64,000 nt of DNA from Callorhinchus milii (Eukaryota): assembly GCF_018977255.1 (NCBI RefSeq), contig NW_024704743.1, positions 88,166,001 to 88,230,000 on the forward strand, read 5' to 3'. Both the position numbers and the translations under genes were made by a program. The notes beneath the pieces were generated by a model, which saw nothing but the letters and a program-made list of their open reading frames with translations, was not told the DNA's origin and made no database searches. Below are positions 24,301-36,300 of this stretch, piece by piece. Within the stretch, counting starts at the first letter, position 1. Each line of letters opens with the position of its first letter.

Positions 24301-27300
24301 TGAGTACAGTATATGACTTTTTCAGTTTGTAAGGGATTGATAACATTGGAGAGAAAAGGAAATCCCTATTGGATTGAGTCCTGTTTCTGCAAATAGATGG
24401 CACGTTTACCATTGCCCTGTCCACTCTCTGTCTGTACGGTAAAATGGCACAGTACAAGTGCAGAATTTTGTCCCAGGAAAACATGATTAACTATGGGTCA
24501 ACCTTAGCTGTGGCTGAATCTAATAGTTTAGAGGTTGACTCCGATTCTCCCTAATGGTTTAGAGATCGATTTGTCTGCTTTTTTTTTAAGTAAAGTGCTT
24601 CCATAATACCAATCACCCTGAAACACAAACTCAAACATTAGCCTTGTGTTTATACTGTAGCAGGCTGGCTAATCCAATGAACCGAATGATTTTTCAAATT
24701 GTGGGTCCAGAGTGAAGTAGCAACTTCCATTTGCCATCATCCTGTCCTCCTGAGTCATGAAGGTCGTGTATTGCTTCTTTAGAAAGGTAGCACCCTATTA
24801 TGGTAAAGAGGAGTCTACATTAACCACTTACTTGCTTTTGGGGAGGATAAAAATCCAATGAAGTCTTTGAATGAATTTGGAGACTGAGTGCCTTGTACTT
24901 CAGGGAGAGAAAACAAAAACAAATTGACCATTTTATGCATTCAATTTGCATATTTACACCCCTACCCTCAAACGATGCTGATTCCCTCCTTTTGAATGAA
25001 TACTGTAATCTGCTGTAAAAAAAATGTTGTTGTCTGTTGGTGTTCAGAACAGATTTAAGATAAAAACATCTTGTGATAGCTGTTAAGGAGGTCACCGCTG
25101 AAATGGTTAATTTACAAGGCACTATTGTTTCTGTGCTATGTAAGATTCAGTTTGATTAATACACAATATAGTGTAACAACCTACATACCATCTTATTTCT
25201 GCTCTCTGATAGGTACCTCCCTCTGAATTAATTTTGACATAAAAGAGCTTGAGGTTTGATTTAAAGGCAGTGGGTTTGAGCGCTCTTTTGTTTACAAAAA
25301 AAATCCAGACTTTTTAAAATGCTCCTGTTTATTTGAAAAAAGGACGCTGCCTATTTCTGAAGTTTGGATAAATTTAACAAGCCTTTTGACCTCTTCTTTG
25401 CAACAATATCCGAGCAGCTTTTGTGCTCCAACATTTGGTATCACTCCCGCAGGCACAGAGCAGATAGCCTGCTGCAGTCTCGCAGCGCTCACCTTGTTTA
25501 ATATAATGGAATAAAACTACTTTTGGAACCACCTGGTACAGATGAGGCAACCCGAGGGATATGTGCTTGAGGGATTGAGAAACCGAGTGCTAAGAAATGT
25601 GAAAGTCTAAGGGGACAACCGGGGGATTGCAGGAAAAAAAACAGCACAGGGACACTCATACATCTTCCTGACAAGCCGAGGTTTGATGGGACATGTACTG
25701 CATACTGTTCCATCTGGTGCTTATGATTGCATGGCATATTAGCGTGCTGCAAGTTCATAATGTATTCAGGGCGAGAAACCATCCCCTGCATACCAAGTGA
25801 GCCAACCTTCCCAAGACTGCCTTTGAATCCTGATGATCGTGTCTTGCATGTTTCCACCTGCGTTCTACAGGGCTTGATTTTTTTCTTCTTGCGCCACGAG
25901 AGACCCACACCCATGCGTCCGCTGAAACCGTGGATCTGCTTATTTATGTAAACACACAAGTTGGATTGTGATCAGACTTAACTGTGGCCTATTAGAGCCA
26001 TAAACCAATTCTCCCATCCAGCCTCTAATTACAGAGCTAATTACTATCAAACAGCATGAGCTGGGGGATGGGTCACAAGCGCAGACATATTCAGCATTGG
26101 TTACAGTGCCATCATCCCCTGCTTTTGGCTCGCTGCGAGATTTTCACTGCTGCTCTCCATGCGTCCATACTGAACAGACTCCAAACCACCATGACATGTT
26201 GTATTTGTGTAATACAATGTATTGGTCTTAACTTTCTGCCTGAGTTTAATTTGTATTCCAGCTCATTTTCAATTATCTTCCTATTTTCTCCCCCCCACCC
26301 CTCCCACCCCCTTTTTTTGCTAGGTGGCTGCGTTTCTAAACGTTATCCTTCATAACAGAAGCTCCTTTATAATTAAGATGTACTATTGCTTTGCTAAAGC
26401 AGACTACATACTTGTCTGTAGTTCAGAGGAATGTGTAGGAGAGAGTGTGGGTAATCTGAAATATTTCAGCAAACATTTGCAAGATTCCTTGAATGTTTGA
26501 GAGATTGCACCTAAACTGTAAAATATCTGTTTTGGGAGGATATGACCCACACATCTCTTCGTGCATTTGTGTAAAATCTTGGAAGCTAGGTCCACTGAAT
26601 TAGTTTCTCATATGAATGAGCACCTTGTTTAAAGCGCAGATTGAATAATTAGTGTGTAGCAGTCATTTAATTTCCTTCATATGGTGTAATATGTTAAGGA
26701 TTTTCGTACATTGGAAGCTAATAGATGTAGAATTCAACTTGGCAGACATCAGGCCACCTCTTTACATTTTTTTTTAAAAAAAGCTCAACTTTAAGTCACT
26801 TTTTCTTAAGCATCACTAATTTATTAGAGCTTGCAGTTCTTCCTATTTACCTTTTTTTTAGAATAAAGATGTTCTGACAAAGTTCCCTCTGCCATTTTTT
26901 TAAAAACACGTGTGTGCAGTCTTAAAAAGCAAAAAAATCAGTTGTTTAATATTGCACTTTGAGTCTTACAAACGTGTTGAGTTTATAGAAGAAGAGCAGA
27001 AAGTGAAAGCTACATTGCAGCACAATGTTTTCAACGGAGAGAAAAAAAATCTTGCATTACTGTTGCAGAATTTCTGTAATTCCTGAGCTTAAATAGCTTT
27101 TTTGGTACACCTATATTGTAAAATGCATTTTTATTAAAAGAATGCATTATTCAGGATGATTGTGATATGCAGAACAAATAGACCCAGTCTACTAATCCTC
27201 AAACCAGATTTTCTGAGTTTACATCCAGTCACCACCTCTACTGGACACTTTTGGTTTTGTATATAGATTAGGGCTGGCCCATTACTTCAGCATTATCTCC

Positions 27301-30300
27301 ATCGTGAATTGATTGCACTAAACAGCACTGAATGAGTTGCAGATGGTGGCATTACATTTAATTTGGAGGACCTCTCGGCTCCAGCTCCATCTGATCCAGG
27401 GCAGGTTGGCTGTGCATGAAACCTTCTGGCTGACACCAAACTGTCAGTACAGTAGAAGCATGTGTCTGCTGGGCTGGGCAGTCAGTTCTTATCCTCGGTA
27501 GAACCGTGCTGCAGATGGAGCTGCTTGGGTTACTATTTTGGACAGCTTTCAAGATTTCATAAGGAAGTTCTGTATTAGGACTAATTGTGTGCGCTAAAGT
27601 GTAGAGATACACAGAATTAACATAATTTCAAATTTACAATTACAGCTTATGCTTCAATACTTGTCGAATGCTGTGATATTTAAGCGTGAGGGATACAAGT
27701 CTGTTGTATAACAGGGTAATTCTGAGCCTTGTCTCGTTTGTTTTGGAACTGGTTATCTGGACAGTCTTTTTAACAGTACAGCATGAGTGTTAGCAGAATG
27801 GAAACCAGATGGGCTAGCAGTTCCCACTGTTATCTCTCAACCATCCCTGGCAAGCTCAGTGCCTCAGCATGTCAGGAATATTTTCCTTTATTTATGAAGC
27901 TTGAATTCACTGATCTGTCTGCAATAACATGTGTTTGTTAATTCTGGTTTAGGAATTGAAAAATATTTATTCCATGTGTCTTTAAGAGCTCGAGACACGA
28001 GGGAGTGGGCATGGAAAACATGGTACATTGTTGAACCCTTAAATGTGGAAAAGTATCGGGTAACATAATAACATAGAAACAGGAGGAGGCCATTCAGCCC
28101 CTTGAGCTTGTTCCACCATTCTATAAGATCATGGCTGATCTGTGCCTCAAGTCCAATTACCTGCCCTTGCCCCATATCCCTTAATACCCTGAGCTGTCCT
28201 AAATGATGCTTTAGTTCTAGTCTCTTGCAAACACAATAACTTCTATTTATACAGTGCCTCTTTAGGCAAGATTGAGCACTGAAAACCAACACTGGTTATG
28301 AATGGTAATTTTTAAAAAAACTTTTCTTAAGAGAAGCCATCCCGAGATCGGAGACATAAGATACAACATTTTAATAAGATTCATGGCATTTTGTGTTTCA
28401 TTACCTCAGTAAAGAAAACTTGAGATATTTTACATGAAGCAAATCAATTTAAATCTCTCACTGAATGCAGACATTATTTTAAATAAAAAGAAATAATTTT
28501 TTTTAAAAAAAACAATTTTAATTAAAATATGACCTTAATGTGACCTCATGTCTAAGCCGCTGCAATTAATCATTAGCTATGTATTTGAATATTAAGTATG
28601 TGCCAATTGCTCTACTTTTAAACTATGGTGAGGGGTGTGACCAATGCATTACTAGAATAAACAGAAATGAAATGTGTTTTACAGCAATTATGGCAATTTA
28701 AAAACATACTCAAATTAAATTTTTAATTAGCTACAAGTTGTCTTACATTGCATAAAGAAGTACTACGTTGTATATTTAGTTACAGTCTGGTGGGGGTGTC
28801 TAACATTCCCATGTTACATGTGTGTAACACGCATGTGTATTTCCTTATGATGAGAAGTGGGGGCAGATGAGAAGTACCACGTGGTGTATGAATTACATAG
28901 CAGAAAGGGCTTTGCCACAGCCACAGTCTTAGTGAGATCTCTGCCACACTCTCATTCCTTCCATAGTTGGAGTCAACAACACAACAGCCTCAGCTACAAG
29001 AGAATAGTTGGTTTAATTTAGGACAAGAGGACAGTCCAACATGGACCAAAATAAGTGAAAGATATAAACAATTTCAGAAAGGCTGAGTAAGAAAGCCTGC
29101 TGTCTATAAGAACTAATGGAAACCGTAAAAATGTAGATGAAAAGAAGGAATAATAGAGGCACATTTGGAAAATGAGGGGAGGTTTAGAAGAAAAATGAAG
29201 ATTAAGATATTTATTATAACATTTTCAGGCATGATTCCTGATTTAAATCTTAAGAACAATTACAATTTTATATAGTGCCTTTCACATTGGGAGGATGTCT
29301 CAAAGTGCTGCACGCAGCTGATTGGGAGCTTGAGTGGTGGGGGAATGTGCCTGAAAAAACAGTCAAAGAGATAGGTCTTCAGGTAAATTTTGAAGGTGGA
29401 GAAGCAAGGGACATGGAGATGGAGCTCAAGAGAGCGGAGACAGAATGGCTAAAAGACCACCCACCAGTGGTTGGGAGAGAAGATGATGATCAGGTGAGGG
29501 ACATAAAGCAGGCCAGTGTTTGCTGAGTAGAGGAAATATCCAGGTTTGAAGAGTTGTAGGTCACGGAGGTAGGGCAAGACAAAGTCATGCAGACATTTGA
29601 AATTGACAATGAAGATCTTCAATTGGATCTGCTGGGTGATGGGAAGCCAGTGGAGTTGAGCAAGGATGGAGGGTTTGGGCTCAACGAGCATGGTGCAGGA
29701 GAGGATATGGGTGCAGAGTTTTGGATGGGCTGCAGTTTGTGTAGGGAAGAGCAGGGAGTTTGGGAAGGAGGCCATTGGAATAATTTGACATGATGGAATT
29801 AGAGCTTCCAGCCCCAATAATGCTACTTCTCTATATAAGAACATAAGAATTAGGAGCAGGAGTAGGCCATTCGGCCCCTCGAGCCTGCCCCGCCATTTGA
29901 TAAGATCATGGCTGATCTTCAGGCCTAATTCTAATTACCTGACCTATCCCCATATCCCCTAATCCCTCTATTTTTAAAAATCTATCAGTTTCAGCCTATC
30001 TCAGAACTTGCTTTATGGATTTCATTTGGAGAAGCTTTATGCTCTACAGTTCTGTTCATTTAAACTTGTATCTTGAAATTTATATCTTTGTAGATATTTT
30101 AAAGCCCCCCCACCCCAAATCATTGTTCTAGTTCAGTGCTGTGGGCTTCTCCCCATAGCACAGGACCAAGTGCTATAACCATTCCTCGTTTCTCTTCTCT
30201 GAGCGTTCTCCAATGTGTCTTTTCGAAATGAGGGTACCCAAAACAGCACCGAATATTCCAAATGTGGCCTTTCCAGTGATCTATATGTTTTTAGAATGTT

Positions 30301-33300
30301 TCACATTGTCTGGAAACCTTCAGTGGATGATTAGTAAAGACACACAAATCATTTTTTACCTGTGCTAATGCGACCCCTTAATTTTGTACATGTTTACTCT
30401 GTCGTTTAGTTTGGTCTAATATGCGTTACCTTACATTTTTCTGTTAAAATCCATCTGCCACTCCCAGGCTCATCTGTTTAATTGGTCGCAATCTTCTTGA
30501 ACACTATTTACCCTCTATATTCACTTGCCCATGTGTGTATGTGTGTGTATATATATATATATGTGTGTGTGTGTGTATGTATATATATATATATATATGG
30601 AGTTGCTTTGAATCGGGTTGGTTTCATGGGCTCCTAAACATCTGAATAAAGGTGACTTTTTGTTAGAAACTGGAGGAGAGATCAAAGCATTAATGATGAA
30701 CATTGAAAGCGTTAACAGAAATAGTATGCGAGAATTAATTATGGTTTATTGTTAAAATAGCTCAGGAGTAAATGAGGCAGAAATATTCATCAGCTATAAA
30801 TTACTGGATATACTAATCCAGCACGCTGTTGGCCATCAAAATCAGTTTCCCAATCTAGCTTTTTAAACGTAAGCATTGAAAATATCTGTAATCGAACTTG
30901 CATTTTACATTAACCTGTAATTCTTTACGTATCCTTTTTAATGTTCATGAGCTGCTACCGGTGTTTATTGTGCAGTGGAATATCACTTAATGTATGTAAC
31001 CCTCTGTGCCAAAACAAAAGGAAACGGGCAAAGCATCAGGTGTTGTCTGACAGACAATAAGCACATGAATACAAATAGTGCTTGAGTCTCACCTGTGCAG
31101 CAGGGCACCAGCTTTTTCTGTCAGGTATGTCATCAGGGGGTTCATTATCATCCGTTTTGATCTTTGCTTAGGGTAATGGCTGAGCACTGAGCTACACTGC
31201 TCGGTAGGAGTAGAATGGGGATTCTGCTTGGTGCTAAGGAAGCATCTGCCCACATTTGAACCGAGAACAAAATGATTATCCCTCCACATTACTAATGAAG
31301 GGACACCATCTGTGTCATACCTCCTTACGAATATTTTGATCTGGGAATTACTTTAAAAAAAACGCATTTTGTTTCTCGGCGCCACTATACTGGCATCTTA
31401 GAAAGGATTTGCTTGTCTGTTTTTCTTGAGCGTAACAGTACTTTCTCTTTGTGTCCCTCACAGATCGCACTGAGAAGCGCTCCACAATGCCAGACTCACC
31501 TGCAGATGTAAAGACACAATCCAGGTTGACCCCTCCAACAATGCCACCTCCTCCAACAAACCAAGGAGCACCTCGAACTAACTCATTCACCCCAACAACT
31601 TGTAATTAGAAATATTGTACTCTAAGCTATGTCTGCATTTGTTTTATAGTCTTTATTCAGCCTGTCTTCCGTGCATGTAGTGTGTAAAATTAAAGAGTGC
31701 ATCGTGGCACAGTAGGACCTGGCTGGCAGCACTTTAATAGAGATCGCTCAGGTACACAAGAAGTGCCAAGAGTGTTCCACTCTCAATGTTGGCTTCTGTA
31801 CGTTGATCTCAGGAATTTCCCATAACTTACGATAACAGTGGTATTAAAAGCTAAAATACTTTGAACTGATTCGTGCCAGGGCTTTTGCTTTATTTATTTG
31901 TTTTAATCCGTGCAATACTTTAACCCTGGCGATCTCCCTGGAACTGTTCTGGCAGGTGCCTGGATAAATATAACTTTTCATACTTGGCCCAGTACTGAGG
32001 CTGTACACCTGTTTCACTTTAGACTGACAATGCTATTTTCAGATGTTTCCATGCCGAAAGTGTCCTCCCAGCAAAGCCGAGCCCTGCCTGGCTCATTCTG
32101 TGCTCGTAGCATATGTGAGAAGTTGGATTCTTGCTTTGGAACTTTCTGCTGCACACGGAACTTGCACTATGCTGCGGGGCATACAGCTGTGGCTAGCCTG
32201 GTTGGCATATGGTGGAAGAAATTTTCACTGCTGTTTACAAGGTTAATGCCTCTCAAACTTGTGTTTCTATCACTTTCGTCCGTAATGAGGGATGTGGCCT
32301 CTAATATCGTTTCTCTTCCTCCCTCCCTGTTCAGTAACAAATGGCAGCAGTCACTCGCCCACGGCGCTGAATGGAGCCCCGTCTCCACCCAACGGCTTCA
32401 GTAATGGGCCCTCTTCGTCCTCCTCTTCCTCACTGGCGAATCAGCAGTTGCCCCCAGCCTGTGGTGCTCGGCAGCTCAGCAAGCTGAAGAGATTTCTAAC
32501 AACCTTGCAACAGTTCGGCAATGACATTTCGCCAGAAATAGGGGAGAGAGTGCGGACCCTTGTGCTCGGGTTAGTGGTAAGTAGAAAATAAGGGTTTTAA
32601 GCTCTCTTGTCATTATCTTTGAGCATTAATGAGTTGTTTTCGAACTGTGGTTGTGTAAAGGCAATTTATTAGTTTCTGGACTCCGTAATATGTCAGTCTT
32701 GTAAATCTGCTCTTTCCTCCTCTACTCCCTCTAGTTTTGATCTTATAAAAATGTAAGTGTTGTTCGTATGTAATATTGCACCACTAACATTGAAACATCT
32801 TAACATTCGTGACAATAATTCCTGTTGAATGTAGTGACTATTTCTAAGTGAACACGGCTGCCAATTTGCACAGAACAATGTTGCACAAACATCTTCATTA
32901 AACTGTGTGCTTCTGAATGCTTTCACCGTCACTTATCAAAAACCTCAGAATGTTCAACCCTGGGCCTAGATCAAACTGTGACCCGCGAAAGGAAAAGTGA
33001 TTGCCATACTTCTTGCTGCAAGTGAGATTAGAGTTTGCTATTCCCTGAGCAGTTGTTTTATTTATAGATCACACTGTGTGGTCATTAGGTCAGGAGATCA
33101 AAGGTCAAAAAGTCCCAAAGTTTACCAATTTGGCACCAGATTGCTTTAGCTGTGTGTGCGTGTACTGTTCTTTTCGGGGTGGGGGTGGGCGGGGGGGGTG
33201 AGCACAGAGGTGTAGATGAACCTACGAATCAGTTGGGTACTGTTAGTCTCAGGTGCCTTGCCCTAGTGGTCATTCCCCATTTGTGAACCTAGACTTTAGC

Positions 33301-36300
33301 GCTCTGCATGCTGTAGTCTGATCCCGTTCTCATAGTTGCACTTTTGGCATGAACAAGAGGCTGTGGTTTCAAAATTGGGACAATGAAAGAGAATAGGAAT
33401 TCTCTTATGTGTATATATTGTGTATATATAAAAGCAAATGGGTCATGGTGTGTGGAACCGAATTCCAGTCTCGATTGTACAGAAAGAAACTACAAACGAT
33501 TTAACAAAAAGGAACAAGACCAGTTCCCATCAAATAAAAGGCAGTTTCAGATTTAGAGAAAGATACATGGAAGGAATCGTGTGGGAAATTGAATGGGAGG
33601 CTAGATTGACAGATGTTCTACTCCTGCCAGAAATTGTTACTTTGGGGTTGAAAAATATGGTTTGTGATGATTATCTCACTGGATTACTGAAAACGTCCCA
33701 CTGCTATGGGGGAGTACAATTCCCCCCACAGCCCCCCTTTAAAATAGTTTCTCCCAAATGCCATTTGCTGCAGCTATTGAGCCAGCTGGCAGGGTCTTTG
33801 ATCTTTTGAGGACGAAAAAATCGCAGCCAGAGTTTGTGCTCCTGATAGCTATCTAGTGACCACTGCTAGAAAGTATGTGTGCGGCTGTGCCTTAACATTT
33901 GGTGAGGACAAGATAGGACTTGTATGTGATGTCTCTCTTTTTCCCTCCTCCTCTTTTCTCTCCCTCCCCCCACCGGCTCATGAGTGAATGACCTGCCCAG
34001 TCCCTTGGTTGAGGTACTGTAGAGTTGCTTATGCCCAGTATGAGTCGCCACCTTCAGGTCAGGAGGGATGGAAAGAAGAGAGAACAACTTCTGAGTCTGT
34101 TTTAAGTCATGAATGACTTCTTCAATGAAAACTATGAGCCCCTAAAAGAACATGGGAATTCTTTATTTGAAGGATACTTTCACAATTTTTTTTGTTAATT
34201 AAATATTAGGATTGAAAGTGTACTTGAATATGAACTGCACCATAAGTGACACAAATGATGGAAAATGGACCTTGGGGTGTGAAGTACATTTTGCTCAGAG
34301 AACTCCAAGTGTGTTACGTATATTTGTGAGCCCTCAGCTCTGACCTGAGGTCACTTCAGGAATCATTTTGACTTGTATCCCTATGTGAGACAAACTTTGA
34401 CTGGAGGTACATTTTCAGGTGTTTATGCCACTTACCCACCCCCCTCTCCCCCCGCCACTTTCCATTCAAGGTCTTTTTCAACTCCAAATAGGTAACATTA
34501 AAAATGTGACATTATTCCAATTAATCTGGCTGGAATAATTAATGTCTATGAAGCGTTTTCAGACATCCTCCTGTCGTGAAAGGTTTATAATTATACGGAC
34601 CAGGGGGTTCTGATGTGCAATGCTTGGTATGGGATAAATTATTCTACCAGTGATGTGGAGGTTTGCCGTTGGCCTTGGCTTTCTCATGCTAAAGAGGGGA
34701 AACATCAGCCTGGGGCAGCATTTGTAATTTCTTCCCAACAAACCCTTGTGGAAGTGTGGCTGCAAAATGAAGTCAGAAACAAATAATTTTTTTTTGTTTT
34801 TATAGTGTCTAATCACATGAAAATGTCTCAAAGCATTTTACACAGGTGCTTTGCCGGCAAATGTAGCTGCCATTTTGCTCACAGCAAGGTCCCACAAACA
34901 AAGTAGTGAACAACCAATTAATCTGGAGGATTGTTGGCCAGTATAATGGGAGAAACGGGTGCAAATAACGATTTGGGATCTTTAACATCCACGTCAACAG
35001 GTAGATGGGATCTCAGTTTAATGTCTCATCTGAAGAGCTGACATCTCCAGCAATCTCTCCCAGCTGTGCACTGCACTGTCATCTTAGATTGCATAAATTC
35101 ACATCCTGATTTGAGGCAATAATCTACAATCTTCTCACCCAGAGATGAGAATATTTCTGATTTGAGTAATTCTCTTACCCAATGGTTCAGACTTGGCTGT
35201 GATTATGCTGATTGTTGATTATTCTACTATGGTTCACTATCCAAGGTCATGCGTGCAGAATGGTCAATGAGGTATCGGAAAATGCACCCTTTCAACCTCA
35301 AGATTCCCTTGCTCAGTGTTCAACCCTTGACCAACAACAACAAATTGCATTTGTACAGCGCCTTTCATGTCCGGAGGATGTCCCAAGGTGCTAGATAGTG
35401 AAGGGTTTGTACCTGAGCTGGGAGTTGGACTCAAGGGGTGGATGGCAAGGGGTTGGAGGTGGGAGGATTGACCGAGGCATGTGAAAGAGTGACCAACTCG
35501 CCATACTGTGGCTGCAATTGAAGTGGCACTGCAAAGTGACAAGTTGAACAACACTTTTACCCAGTGTTGGGTCTTTATGTTCCTGCTTATTTCGATGAAA
35601 GGAATTTCTTAATATGGAGCAAATCATTTTTTGTTTTGATCTCCAGCCTGATCTCTACACAAGGTATTGTATAAATGTAATACTCCACTCTTGGGTCATG
35701 TTTTCTATTGTGATTTTGTGAATGACTTTGTCATTTGATTCCCCAAGTATTTTGAGCGTTTGCATTCGAAATAAGTATAGAGGTATTCCAAATGTTTGCG
35801 GATAGAAAGTAGGATGTGTATGTCTGCATATAAATTCAAAGCGAGGTAGAGATTTTTGAGGATTGGGAATGTTTTGCCAACTGATTGTTTTAATCTGGCA
35901 GGAAGGTTGTCCATGTGCAGCAGTGTCTGTGATTGTGTTTTGGAACTTAAGTAAATAAGTACACAGTGAGTTTGGACTTAATAACCTCCTGACATTTTAG
36001 TGGGTGGTGGCAGGATAATTGGAAACACTCACATCTGTAGCACATCTTTAACTCTGAGTGCACTGCTGATCCTCTGACACCCTCTCTGTGGTCCATCCCA
36101 GAATTGTCACAAAAAGGCACAAAGCATTAAGAATGCCTTTGACTTTTCATGTGTTTCCTTGGAAACCATACCTTAAAAGTAGATGTAATAAATGCTTGTT
36201 CTCCGTAAGGACACAGGACCACAAGCTTACCAGTGCACCACGCAGGCTTCCTGGAGTCATTCTTCGGAGATAAATTTGTGGGCACAGTCCCCACAGCAGG

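Noticed and set aside
3012..31463. MTG8b-type first exon (MISVKRNTW...)
   Set aside because: No recognisable match found by eye; absence is not proven without TBLASTN.
31910..32404. 164-aa ORF overlapping the 32335 exon in another frame
   Set aside because: GTG start, no recognisable homology, mostly intronic.
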